From: Octopus sinensis
Taxonomy: Eukaryota
DNA length: 64,000 nucleotides
Direction: 5' to 3'
NCBI RefSeq assembly: GCF_006345805.1
Contig: NC_043012.1
Span: 45,570,001 to 45,634,000, forward strand
Shown here: positions 1 through 13,682 of the stretch, one piece after another
How positions within the stretch are numbered: the first letter of the stretch is position 1
Layout of the letters: the number at the start of each line of letters is the position of its first letter
Notes under the pieces: generated by a model
Database searches by the model: none
Told to the model about the DNA's origin: nothing
The model's input: only the letters and a program-made list of their open reading frames with translations
Program-made: the position numbers and the translations under genes

Positions 1-1264
1 CTGGACACGAAATGAACTGTCCAAAATAGATAGGAAAACAAGAAAAATACTGACAGGATCTAGGATGCATCACCCAAAATCTGACATAGAAAGACTATAT
101 ATACAACGTATAGAAGGTGGTAGAGGCCTTATACAGCTGGAAAACTACTATAAAATAACCACCATAGGACTGCAAAAATACCTACTTCAGAAGGAAGGAA
201 AACTGATCCAGATAGCAGCAAAACACGAGCAAAACAAAAACTGTTCTCAGTATTTAAGGAAGCTGACAAATACAAACAAGAAATCATACCACCTAATAAA
301 CACAAAGAAGAAGAGGAAGATGATGAAGAAACAACAAAAGCTATAAAACAAATGAAATCCAAACTAAAAATAGAACAGCAACGAGCCATGAAAAACGATG
401 GCAAGAAAAACACCTTCATGGTAAATACTGCACTAAACTAAACGCGCAAAAGAAATAGACAAAGAAAAATCCAGCAATGGTTGAGAAGCTCAGGACTCAA
501 AGCAGAAACAGAAGGATTTTTAATTGCAGCACAAGACCAAAGCCTCCCCACCAGAAATTACCAAAAACATGTAATGAAAAGAAATATTACAAGTAACTGC
601 AGAATATGTGGAGATGGACAAGAAACAATAAATCATATTATCTCTAGCTGCCCAGTCCTGGCTAAGAAGGAATATATCACAGACATGACAGAGTTGGAAC
701 CTACATACATTGGAAGCTATGCCAACATTATGGAATAACAACAGAAAAAAGATGGTATAGGCACACACCAGAAAAGGTCACAGAAAACGAGAAAGCAACC
801 ATACTCTGGGATATGCCGATACACACAGATAGAGAAATTAAGGCCAACAGACCAGATATAGTTGTCAGAGATCATGAAGAAAAAAATGCTTTCTAATTGA
901 TGTATCAATACCGGCAGATGACAACGTGTCTCTAAAAAAGAAATGGAGAAACTCTCAAAATACAAAGACCTGGAAATAGAGGTAACTAGAATGTGGAACC
1001 TGAAAACAGAAACAATTCCTATCATAGTAGGTGCATTAGGCATGATAAAAAAATATTCAGACAAATACATAACAAAAACACCAGGACTTACAAACACATA
1101 TAACATACAGAAAATTGCACTACTAGGCACTGCACACATCCTACGCAGAACACTTTCCATACAATAACCATCAGAGCATCACAACAAATCACAGCACATA
1201 CCCAAGGCACACAGAGCTGCGCTCGGTAGTGAAGTGAAAGCACGCTATAAAAATAAAACTACTG
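1..1264 (+). mobile_element. 3' part of an R4/Dong-clade non-LTR retrotransposon (RT C-terminus, CCHC knuckle, restriction-like endonuclease), frameshifted
   Basis: ORF pieces HPKSDIERLYIQRIEGGRGL (65-346), CRICGDGQETINHIISSC (481-738) and KANRPDIVV...KLSKYKDLEIEVTRMWNLKTETIPIIVGALG (about 840-1167) are typical REL-LINE motifs. The 3' UTR ends in AATAAAACTACTG directly before (AAT)n. Confidence 0.88.
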
Positions 1265-1367
<103 letters not shown>

Positions 1368-1765
1368 GTTTCAAATATTGGCTAATAGCTAGCAAATTCA
1401 GGGGAAGGGAAAGTCGATTGTATATGAGAAAAAAAAATGAATACACGAGTTGATTTAATTACAACGATCGTTTCGACTCCTCTTGCATCGGTCCATCACG
1501 GTGATTCGTGTTTTCACAAACTCTTTCGAAATGTTTCATTAATTTTATAAAACGATTTTATTGGTTCAGATCTTATAATTTAGTTAAACCAAGTGTGGTC
1601 CATCCTAGCATTTTTCGTGTAAAGTCCATTCGCTTTTAAACGATATCTAAAACGATTTCGACTTTTCTATCTATACGGTTTATATATATATATATATATA
1701 TTATATATAACATTATTGGTGAATGAAGAAAGGAGCTGAACGCAGATTGAACAGAAGTCGTTTTA

Positions 1766-1852
1766 TTCATTCTACACGTGTTTCGAAAGGCACAAATTAC
1801 CAAAATCCGATTGAATAATGGGACCATATTGTGTCTTTCTCTTCAGGAAGAA
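1766..1852 (-). ncRNA. Type I hammerhead ribozyme motif (family H1, left arm)
   Basis: Minus strand: ttcttc CTGAAGA gaaag-acacaat...ttgtgc-ctttc GAAA CACGTG TA gaatgaa. Confidence 0.75.
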
Positions 1853-2825
1853 AAAAGGAAATCCGCTGGAAAAACAAACAGAACAGAGGCTGAGCAAAAC
1901 AAATCGAACTATGCTCCTAAGAGCCCATGGCGAAACTGTTTATCAGTGTATGTTGAGAACCGTGGCTGAAGAATTCGACGGGTCAGGCATCGGTCAATCA
2001 TGTGGTGAGGGTGTATAGATGTTCTTTGTGACCGAGCATAAAGTTCTGACTATTTAAGGATATTGGATGTTTTATAAGGGGCGAGAAAAAATCTACTTAG
2101 AGACGTGTGTGTGTGTATACTGTTCTATATATATGTGTGTTGGCGTAGGGGTAGAAAACATTTTTTGTGCACGTGTGTGCGTTTGATCGTTCGGCTGTCA
2201 GTGGCTACTGCCGTGATAACCGTTGGGTGGCAGAAAAAAAAAATATATATATATTATGTTTTATGTGTGTGTGTGTTCATCTAAGCCTTCCTTGTCAAGG
2301 AAACCCCCCGCTGTGAAAAAACCAAGCCCCGTTTGTCTTACAGGAGTAATTCCCCTTGCAGTGGTTAATCGTAGATATCTTAAAGGCTATTTCAGAATTG
2401 TTACCAAGGGCTATGGGTGCCGGTATATTTATAAACGCTATTTAAAAGCCAGATAAGTGTAACGCCGCCAATGGGGGCATCGAAAAGCCGACTGTAAGAG
2501 CCGTTTACCATCCGGCCTCTGGCAAACAAAATATGGAAGAGTTCGGAGACACAAAGGTTGCACTGTCTTCTGCCCCTATCAAATGGGAGGGCCACCGACA
2601 AAATGACCATTCACAGCCTATAGCTTAAGTTCGTATCCTTCAGTCGCCATATTAGCTTACTGAGTCCCGTGGTCTGGCGCTTGTTCACGTCCCGAAAAGT
2701 TGAATTCTTCAGCCACCGGTCTCAACATACACTGATAAACAGTTTCGCCATGGGCTCTTAGGAGCATAGTTCGATTTGTTTTTGCTCAGCCTCTGTTCTG
2801 TTTTTGTTTTTCCAGCGATTCCTTT

Positions 2826-2912
2826 TTTCTTCCTGAAGAGAAAGACACAATATGGTCCCATTATTCAATCGGATTTTGGTAATTGTGCCTTTCGAAACAC
2901 GTGTAGAATGAA
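2826..2912 (+). ncRNA. Type I hammerhead ribozyme motif (family H1, right arm)
   Basis: ttcttc CTGAAGA(2833-39) gaaag...ctttc GAAA(2894-97) CACGTG TA gaatgaa. Canonical G-C closes helix II; helix III is the palindrome ACACGTGT; GUA site. Confidence 0.78.
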
Positions 2913-3124
2913 ATAAAACGATTTCTGTTCAATCTGCGTTCAGCTCCATTTCTTCAATTCACCAATAATGTTTTAATTTCAATTATCCGCACAATGCACG
3001 GTTGCAACGCCAGATGGTTGTACCTCCAACCGTGCTGTTTACTGCTGTGATTTTTGCTACTAAGGTATCGGTTAAACTTTTGATTAATCTACTACAAGAT
3101 TATTCATCTTTCTATTTCACATTA

Positions 3125-3164
3125 TATATATATTATATATATATTATAGAAATTATATATATAT

Positions 3165-3260
<96 letters not shown>

Positions 3261-3262
3261 TA
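3125..3262. repeat. (TA)n microsatellite
   Basis: Direct reading; source of the IYIY pseudo-ORFs. Confidence 0.97.
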
Positions 3263-3654
3263 ATTGTATAGCTTGTATATCTTGAAGCTTTGAATGTGCC
3301 AACAATTACGACGACCACTTCTGAACCTTTTTCTTTATATTCTTTTTACAAATCATTTAAATTTGATAACCTTCATATTTTCACGTTCCACCACACAATC
3401 CCAGGCCATCACAATTTTTAATAATTTGTACATTTGTATTGTTAACTCATTTTTTAATATTTTATTTTTATTTCATCCATATTTTAGTTTAAATTTTATT
3501 TTGTTTTACCCATCAAGGTGGTATCTTCCATTAGACATGCCTTATCTTTGTGCCGGATATAGACCGTTCCTCTATTTAAAGTTTTGGGAGTATAGTGCGA
3601 TTGATACCTGATGAACGTACGCATGTACGGGAAACTATCACTAGCGCGATAAGA

Positions 3655-4790
3655 GCATGGCATAGTTGGAAAATTGGGAGAATGGCTTCATGACTTTGTG
3701 AAGGATAGAAGTAAGGTGGTAGTAGCCATTAACACGCAAATAGTGAGCGGTGTTCCGCAAGGCAGTTTTGGGACCACTTCTGTTCATAATGGCCCTCTCA
3801 GACATGCCCTCAGCCACACGAGAGCCACGATTTCACAAGTTATGCAGATGATACCAAAGTTTCCACAGGCATACAGAACCCTGAAGACACTAAGCACCTG
3901 CATGTGAGCTGGACAAAATATACATTGGGCTGAAAAGAATAGCATGCAGTTTCAATGCGAAAAGTTTCAAGCTTTATATGCTATCAGCACGCAAAACTAA
4001 TGCAATACCAAATGAATACACTGGACCTGAGGGATTGCATCCCAGAGGCACATCAGTGCTAGACCTGGGTATTTTAACATGAGTGATGATGCAACCTTTC
4101 ATGTGCATGTTGTTAAATTGGCAATGAAATGGAGGCGGCTGACCGGATGGATTCTTAGAACCGTTAGAACAAGAGACCAGGAAACCATGATGGTCCTCTG
4201 GAGGACACTCCAGTGTCAAGTTAATCACAGAACTTGAGGCGATCCAACGACGCTACACGAAGAAGATAGTCTCTGTGCAGCATATAAGCTTTTGGGAAAG
4301 ATTCAAGAGATTGAGACTCTATTCCTTAGAGCGTAGGAGAGAAAGATATGCCATAATATACATCTGGAAGATCCTAGAAGGACTTGTCCCAAACTTTGGC
4401 ATCGAGAGTTACACAAATGCCGGAACTGGGCGTCACTGCATAGTGCCAAGGACTCCAAATTTGCCATCAAGATGTAGGACAAGATATTGTGATAGCCTGG
4501 GCTTCTGAGGCCCACAACTCTTCAATATCCTCCCGAAGAACCTAAGAGACCTGCATGGGGTGGTTGCAGATGTCTTTAAAATGAAACTGGATCTCTTCTT
4601 GTCAGGTGACCCAGATGAACCAACTTCACGACAGGGGGTGCAGATGAGGGCAGCTGCATCGAACTCTCTCATGCACCAAATGACAGTTGCAAAAAAACAT
4701 TCGTGAAGTAAAATCATGTAGCAACACCAAATGGCGGTGCCCCAGCATGGCCACAGCTTGTGAGCTGAAACTAGATAAAAATAAAATTAA
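3655..4790 (+). mobile_element. 5'-truncated, decayed CR1/L2-group LINE (RT and C-terminus)
   Basis: Frameshifted motifs GEWLHDFVKDRSKVV, SGVPQGS, a YADDTK-like motif, LEAIQRRYTK, RLRLYSLERRRERYAIIYIWKILEGLVPN and GPQLFNILPKNLRDL; A-rich tail at about 4775-4800. Confidence 0.88.
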
Positions 4791-4991
4791 AAATAAAAAT
4801 ATATATATACATATATATATACATATATATATATATATACATATATACATATATATATATATGTATAAATATATGTTTACAAATATATATATATATGCAT
4901 AAATATATGTATATATATATGTATATGTATATATATGTGTATAAATATATGTTTACAAATATATACATTTAATGTAGATACATATACATAC

Positions 4992-5044
<53 letters not shown>

Positions 5045-5055
5045 TATATATATAT

Positions 5056-6209
5056 TTTGCTTTTCGCGGGAAGGAAGTTTTCTTCGAAGTATACCGTCTC
5101 GCTTTTTCCTTCGAAACGTTTAGTAGATGAACCTTAGCGACTGTAGAAGTGGATTTTTCGTTGTGCTTATTGTCCTGTATCTCTCTTTTTTTTGCTTGTC
5201 TTGTTCCTTGGTTTGTGTCTATGTGTTTCGTCTCTCTATGTGTTCGACGTCTTTTTGGTGTCCTGTACACAATATGCGTGTATATGTACATGTAGAGGTA
5301 GGTACGTACATATATGTTTATATATATGCATATGTTCTATTTTATTAACATATTATACGACTAAACGCACGCACCCTATTAAGTAAGATTTTCTGTTTAT
5401 CAAGTTAGCCTTGATATTAACTCTCACGCGACTCTGCATCTTTCTTTCTTTCTCTCCCATTCCCTTTTTCGTCTTTTTTCCCTCACTTAACTTGTCTCTT
5501 CCTCTCTCTCTCATCTTCATTCTCTCTCTCCCTTTCACCATTCTTCATGGTCTCCTCCCACCATTCCCCTTCTTCTCTCTCTTCCTCTTGCTCCTCCTCC
5601 CCCATTCCCGTCGTCCATCTGCGACGATACTTCCGTCGTAACTGCTATCCTGTCTTTTCTCGCCCGCCTTCTAAGGCTACTGGTCGACACATTTTCTCTC
5701 TCTCGTCGTCCACGATAATCCAGCGTTTGCAATACTTTTTTCGTCTGGCGTTAACAGCCCTTCTTATCTTGTTCTCCTTGTCCTGTCTCTCACTGTTATA
5801 TATTTATTTTTCCACTGTTTATATATATATCTTTTACTGTTTATATGTTTGTACTGTCGTTACCGTCTTGCCTTTTTTTTTACCCCTCTGCGAAAAGATC
5901 TCAGAATTTTAATTGATTTGCTTTTCGCGGGAAGGAAGTTTTCTTCGAAGTATACGTCTCGCTTTTATCCTTCGAAACGTTTAGTAGATGAAACCTTAGC
6001 GACTGAAGAAGGGGATTTTTCGTTGTGCTTATTGTCCTGTATCTCTCTTTTTTTTGCTTGTCTTGTTCCTGGTTTGTGTCTATGTGTTTGCGTCTCTCTA
6101 TGTGTTCGACGTCTTTTTGGTGTCCTGTACACGTATATGCGTGTATATGTACATGTAGAGGTAGGTACGTACAATATATTTTATATATATGCATATGTTC
6201 TATTTTATT

Positions 6210-6212
<3 letters not shown>
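5056..6212. repeat. Two about 295-bp direct repeats (about 5056-5350 and 5917-6212) flanking an about 560-bp CT-rich spacer; pseudo-LTR-like
   Basis: Both copies read ttttcgcgggaaggaagttttcttcgaagtatac...ttctattttattaacata. Confidence 0.85.
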
Positions 6213-6251
<39 letters not shown>

Positions 6252-8329
6252 CATATAATTTACCTGTAGCAGTGATCATTGCTGTTTTAGAATCAATACT
6301 ATTCGTTTGTATTTTATGTACGAGTATATGGCCATTCAATTTGCCTTCTGTTGTTTTTCTGTTTATTTTTTTTACTTCCCTTCAGTGCAAAATCAATGCC
6401 AATCTTTGAGATATTCACAACGAAAAGAGGCAAAATCATGATAATAAACTTGCTATAGCTAGATCTATATTTATTACCAATTTCTTCCACCACCCTCACT
6501 GATCCAAACATTTGGTCTTATTTTATTTTATTGTTGAAGGAGTTGTCCGTTCGATTTGTTTATGTCTTGTGCAACAGTTTTCTCCTGCTCTCATTTTCCT
6601 GACTTTGATTTTTCAATTACGTTTGACATTTTCGTTTATAGCTTTTCGATTTTGATTCGGTGAATGTTTGTTTGTTACATTTAGTATTACTTGTGTGCTG
6701 GAATTATATTTTATTTCCTCTTTTATTGATTTGCTATTTTTTTTCTCTTGTTTAGATTGCGTGTAAGTCAAAACGGATATTTTAGAGCTAGAAAGAAGAG
6801 ACCATTATCTCGATTGAAATATTATCACACTCAGCTGAAATAGGGAAAGATAGGACTTTTACACTGAAACATCTTTCTTTTTTGTTATGTTGATGCTACT
6901 GCGTTCCCGCTGTTGCTTGAAATATGTCAGGTTTTCGTTCGTTTCATTGATTTGATTTCAGTCCAGATGTCACTACGCAACTATCTTTAGATGTCCTACT
7001 CGACGTCTTGTTATAGTAAGTAGATACGTCCTTCAGGGAGCTCTGCATTTTGTAAAAAACTGTTGTATGCATCGGGAAATATTTAGTAAAAGCAGTTTCA
7101 GTCCCACATCAAAATCTAAAACATACAACGTTATGAAAATTGTAACTGGTAAAATATCACTCGAAAAACATTAAAACAGGATAAATTTAATGATTAACAA
7201 AGAGTAAATATGTATATTAATGGGGAAGAAGGAAAGAGCGAAAGAGAGAGGGAGCAACTTGGGGGGGGGGAGATGTTACGAATAATTTGAATATGTAGTG
7301 GTGTCCGGGGGTATTATAAGAGTAACCCAAGTTATTAGAAATATGATACATTTCCCAACAAAAGTAGTCAAATATTCTAATTATCACAATAGATGTACAA
7401 TCTCAGTAGACTTATGAATGAATAAAGAAAAGTAATTCCATAGTTTGTTAAATTAATGGATTACGGAGGAAATATATGTATATAGACGCATATATATTTC
7501 CAGTCATGCATTCATATTTATATGGAAAATGCATACACACATACGGATACACACACACACACGTACAAACAGAGACTGACACATACACACATGTGTGCGT
7601 GTTTGTGTGGGAATACTGGGCTTATATGAAGGTACAACTGAAATATAAAAATATATTCGTGATATTTTACAACCTGATAAATCCGGGTTCCTAGGTGACT
7701 GATGGGTCTTCCTCAACGTAAGAGCAAAGCATATCGCAGATGTATGCTTCTGTTAGTATATATATATGTATATATATATATTGTAAGAGAAACCTGTGTA
7801 ATACAGAACCCGTCAAAAATGTAACATCTACATATATACATTTAAATGTTTAGCACAATTTTTTCTGCTGTTTGCTCGTCCCTTAAGCTGTAATTCAATT
7901 TTATTGTTCTTTAGCTATAAAACTGGTCTTTTTGCACTGATCGGTATTAATAAATGATTAACTGAAAACACAATTATCGTTATAATCGCAAAATACCTTA
8001 ATTTTATTTGTAATTATTACGACATATGTTTGTTAGTTAATTTCAAATTGCATTTTTATTGTTGGCTTCTCTAGTGTAAAATCGTTCGCAAAGTAAATAG
8101 AGCGGATTTCTGATATTCTGCCATTTCTTGTGGGCGCAACGGTCTCACATATGCATTTACTTACAAGAATGTTTAAATACTGGACATTAAATCATGTGGG
8201 AGAAGGTTATGTCTTTATTTCAATATATAGCCATATTCTACATGGAAGTGTTTCTTGGTATTAAGACATTCACATTTCATTATCATATTTAACACTTTTC
8301 ATCAATTATACAATTATATATTACATACC

Positions 8330-8573
8330 TACACACACACACACACACGTATATATGTATGCACACACACAAACACACAGATACAGACACACACACATAC
8401 AAACACACAGACACAGACACACACACACATATGTGTGTGTGTGTGTGGGTGCGTGCGTGTGGGCGTGTGTCTATAAGAGAGAAAGAGAGAGAGAAACAGG
8501 GAGAGACGGACAGAAAGAGAGAGAGAAACAAGAGGAGACAAACGGAAAGAGAGAGAGAAGAGAGAGAGAGAGA

Positions 8574-8635
<62 letters not shown>
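8330..8635. repeat. Compound (CA)n/(GT)n/(GA)n microsatellite
   Basis: Direct reading. Confidence 0.95.
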
Positions 8636-8636
<1 letters not shown>

Positions 8637-9261
8637 AACAGAGTGAGTTTCGAAAATTTTACTTGTGCAATTAGTATAACGGTTAATTTATTTAATAAAA
8701 TTTAAAATTTCAATTTTAATGACAACCTCGTTGAGGAGATCAAAGGCGTTTATGAAAGTTTGATAGCCGGAAACATAATCACAACCATAAATATGTGTAA
8801 TATGTTATGTAATTAGATATGTAGCTTGATATTATAATGATCAGGTAGTAAAGTTATTGCACAAGTGAAATATTCTCTTTATATTTGTATGTTTATTATA
8901 TATATATATATAATATATATATATATACATACACACATACACGCACATACATACATACATACATTAGATTCATACATACATACACACACACATATATATA
9001 TATATATAATATTAGGGAGTATAACTCCAAACTTACAGGGAAAAATTCAATTTAGTATTAAATCAAATTTCACAGTATAAATATATATAATATAAATTAG
9101 AGATAATTTATGCAACTCAAACAGTGATAAACATAAACCAAAACATAAATAACAAATGATATATATTTTCATAAAAATATATTAGTTGTTATTATGTTTT
9201 GGTTTATGTTTATCACTGTTTGAGTTGCATAATAGTGGTTTTATTTCTAAATTATATATTA

Positions 9262-9466
<205 letters not shown>

Positions 9467-9799
9467 CAATTGCAGCGTGGAAGGTGTTTATAAGTCATTT
9501 AAGAAACACACAAAAGCCGTTCGATTCATTTCGACATTTAAGTTTAATTTGTCAAAATATTTTCGTCGCTAAAATCCGCGACCTGTTTACTGACAAAAAT
9601 CCGTGATGCATCTGAGAAAGTAACAGTTAGTTCGTCATATATATGTACGTATGTATGTGTGTATGTATGTATACACGCATGTATGTATGTATGTACGTAC
9701 ATACGCCTGTGTGTATGTATGTATGTATGTATGTAAATATGTAAGTATGTGTGTGTATATGCACGCACATACACACTATAAACTTAAAGCTATAAACCT

Positions 9800-10332
9800 G
9801 TAGTGATGGATAGATGTAGACTGACCACTCATCACTTTCCCATCGAGCGAAGATGCTTCTCTATAGCAGTGTGGGAGCATTCCATTTTCTCTGCCAGTTC
9901 CCTTGTCGTTTAACGAGAACTTTTATGCAAAAGTTGGTTTAATCACTCTTCATCGAAATCAACAGGAGGGTCAGGACGAAGTGCGTCTTTGAGGTCAAAA
10001 TTCCCATTTTTGAACTTGGCATACCAATCACGAGCGATTCTTTCAGCTGTTGCACCCTCTCCATGCACAGCACAAATGTCGCGAGCAGCTTCTACGGCCT
10101 TAGAATCTTCATTAAATGCAAAAAGAAGGAGGTGCCGAAAATTCTCATTTTTCTTAACTTTTGATGTTATAAAAATAAACAAAAATAAACAAAAATTAAC
10201 TAGAAAAAACAAAACAACATAGATTCCTAAATGATTCAAAAATAGAATTCTCGCAAAAAGTAGATTCCAGAATTTAAAAACGCAATAAATTCCAAAATTT
10301 AAAAAGATGGCGGGAACTTAGTTGCCAACCCA

Positions 10333-10335
<3 letters not shown>
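9800..10335 (-). mobile_element. 5' part of a mariner (Tc1/mariner) transposon with TIR
   Basis: ORF 9943-10239 HFRHLLLFAFNEDSKAVEAARDICAVHGEG...DWYAKFKNGNFDLKD is a mariner HTH region. A TIR-like sequence TATTGGGTTGGCAACTAAGTTCCCG is on the minus strand at about 10312-10336. Confidence 0.88.
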
Positions 10336-10382
<47 letters not shown>

Positions 10383-12502
10383 CATAATGCAGATGCATAT
10401 ATAAACATGTATTTATAGATACATATATAGATATGTATGCACACACACATACACACACATATATATACGCACTCTCCCAATCCGTATACAGATTCCATGG
10501 TTGTTTAGCTCGTACTACCTTTCTTCACACATTTTTTGCAAACATTATTCACTCCTCGTCGTATTGATTATGTGATTCCGACAACTTATTCACGAATGAA
10601 CTTGAATGCAATCGGGCGACTTACATAGATACACACACTCACTCATCGCGCACGCGTATATATTTACACACACGTATACATATATGTTTGTATGTTATAT
10701 ATATTCGATTATGTCAATGCGTATGTATATATGTTTCTGTATATCTATGTGCATATGTAAATATATATGTGTATCAGCATATACATGCATACATATACAT
10801 ATATACGTACATAAGTACATGTAAAACATACATGAATATATACATGTGCCTGTACATATGTGTGTATCCCTGTGTGTAAACATTTGAATGTTCTGTGTTT
10901 TCTTTAAACTGTATTGAAGAAGTAATGGAATTTAAATCTTGTATCTATAGCTTTAGGAAAGAAAGTAATGTATAGTTTGTTTAGACAGCACGCAATTTGA
11001 TACATTACATTATATTTCCTAGTATCGTATATATTTCATTATATTTTTTGTACTTAATTTCTGGTTTATATAAATTTTGACCCAAAGGCATGATTTTTTC
11101 CCGTAATCTGGTTAATCATTTTAAAATCGAGCACATTGTATTGTATTTTTTTAGCAATAACATTAGGTAAGAGATATAATACAGACACCCAGAAGACAGG
11201 ATTAACTATCAGGATATTAACTCGGCATTCAGATCGATCTATATGCGTATATGTTTTCTTTATATTAACATCTTTATCTTCTCTGGAAATGCACGTATTC
11301 GACTGAGATAGATATAAACCGAGTTTGCCGCTCGTGTTTTATCTTATACTCTTCTACATTTCTGGAAAATAAACTTTTATATGTGGATGATGAACGAACG
11401 AACGTTGGCTGATATTATATTATTCTAATATTTGATAATAAAATCTTTTTACGGCATTTACTACATGTATACAATAATGGAGAAAGCTTTTACCTAATAA
11501 ATGGTCAGCTCTATATGGCATTGTAGAGCGCTGTTAACGGAATAAATAAATGTGTTACTGGTAAAATGTACTTATAACCTGCAATACAGTTCAAAGAAGT
11601 TAATTACTTAATGTCTATAATAACATGTATCGTTCCATTGTTATTTGATACAAATAAACAGGATAATGAGCGTGGTGAAATGAGGTTAGATCTAATTCAT
11701 AATTTTGGATTGTGTGAACAAGGAAAACCTAGTAATAAAGGTGACGGCTTTTTCCGTTATTTAGAAATAGATTATGGTGTATAAGACTTGTATCATGTAT
11801 ATAAATATTCCACAATTCATGTAAATTTCAAATATATTTTCTTTTGTTAGTAGGATTTGCTTTACTAGAATATGTAATATTAAAATTGTAACACAACTTA
11901 GATATATCCTTTATCGAGCAGGTCTGAAACAGCACAATTTATCTCATTATGTTTCCCAAAAGCTGTAAATAATATCTTATATTCAGGATAAAGTACAATA
12001 TTCCGAAAACATTCATCATTGAATTACAAGTATGATAGTAAAATAATGGACTGAAACACGCTAGAACATTGGATGTTACTCTCACAGATAAAAGTCAAAA
12101 GGTCCATTAATATTGTCACGATTTATTAAAGTATTGTAAATATTGGTTTATCATCTAATCTCGCGAATCACGAAATGCAGAGTAAACTGAAATGAGCTTT
12201 AAATAGTTAGGCAAATCGCCTAACAACGAAATGTAGTCCTTATAAGACGATAAATCGATCCAGATCCTTTGATATTCTTTAGCAATATCTAAACCGCAGT
12301 CATCTGCGTTAACTTATTTTACATCAAATTTTGTATCAAATACATGCTTCAAGTCAAGGTTCGGAGTGTGTAATAAGATCAGTATTCGGTTGGTCTTTCT
12401 GCGAGGTTGCCCTAACACACACGTGTATGTATGAGTTCGTATGTATGAGTTCGTGTATGTATGAGTTCGTAGGTACACACTCACACACACACATATATAT
12501 AC

Positions 12503-12589
<87 letters not shown>

Positions 12590-12644
12590 ACTATCTATCT
12601 ATCTATCTATCTATCATCTATCTATCTATCTATCTATATATATA

Positions 12645-12694
<50 letters not shown>

Positions 12695-12742
12695 TTATAT
12701 TTATATATATATATACACATATATTCATATATATATATATAT

Positions 12743-12783
<41 letters not shown>

Positions 12784-12810
12784 TATATATGCACGTAATA
12801 AATGTATACA

Positions 12811-12900
<90 letters not shown>

Positions 12901-13288
12901 ACATACATATATAAATAAGAGGAATATCCACCAAGGTGGATTCCAAATATGGTAGAAAACGCCAAATCTGCTGCGGGGACGAGCACACACTCTATTACAC
13001 ATGTGCTATTATCTCCACGCATAGACAAGTACATCGGCGTGCACATAAAATACACATGCATACATTACTATTCACAAAGTCATACTTACATAGATATACA
13101 TACGTACATGGAAAACTGCTTCGTAACTTCCAGCTTCTATATCCAGATTAAGATTTAACATCCATACCGATAAGAAACTATGCACTTGCTTTTGTGAGTA
13201 AATATCTTAGTGACAATCTGGATAAGTTAGTGTTTTCAGAACAAAGCAACCACATAACTGACACGCTACAAATACAATCCACAAGTAA

Positions 13289-13334
<46 letters not shown>

Positions 13335-13429
13335 ATATATATATTATATAGTGTGTGTGTTTGTGTTGTGTGTGTGTGTGTGTGTGTATGTATATATATA
13401 TAAAATAAAGGCTATTTGCTATTTTCGAA

Positions 13430-13680
13430 AACAGGGACACAGGTAGTGTGTCGTATAGCCAGCTAGAAACGATGTTTCTTAGGGCTAACACAACAGTAAC
13501 ATCATCCCTTTCGGGATAACCAACTTATGTTGGCAAATAGCCTTTACTTTAAAGAACTGTTACACAATGTCTCTCTTTCAGAGATTTAGAAATAATAATA
13601 TTTCAATTTTCGATCACTGGATGTGCGTCACTCTGAAAACTATATGTTCGAACGGTGAATCCTGCAACGCCATCTGGCTA
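13430..13680 (-). repeat. Dispersed repeat, homologous to the copies at 56715-58460
   Basis: gtcgtatagccagctagaaacgatgtttctt...atgttggcaaatagcctttactttaaagaac recurs at about 58010-58240 and 58350-58460. Confidence 0.75.
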
Positions 13681-13682
13681 AA

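Larger units (their letters stand above)
1709..2972. mobile_element. Penelope-like fold-back element: about 265-bp inverted arms (1709-1975 / 2700-2972) around a minus-strand GIY-YIG C-terminal fragment
   Basis: The arms are near-exact reverse complements (aacattattggtgaa... / ...ttcaccaataatgtt). Minus strand 2400-2760 translates as TVYQC...TFRDVNKRQTTGLSKLIWRLKD...ILSVALPFDRGRRQCNLCVSELFHILFAR, similar to the Penelope endonuclease remnant at 17400-17750. Confidence 0.82.

Noticed and set aside
1709-2972. MITE or DNA transposon with long TIRs
   Set aside because: The arms contain a hammerhead and Penelope endonuclease sequence, and no TSD was seen; reassigned to a Penelope fold-back.
6985-7045. 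Minus-strand CTGAAG-gacgt…acgtc-GAGT
   Set aside because: Both core boxes are defective and helix I is absent; at most a very old remnant.
7258-7270. G10 run as a possible G-quadruplex or regulatory site
   Set aside because: An isolated homopolymer with no supporting context.
13105-13195. Minus-strand FLIGMDVKS, resembling the Penelope RT motif (LVTMDVKSLY)
   Set aside because: Only about 25 codons with stops; too short to list as a feature.
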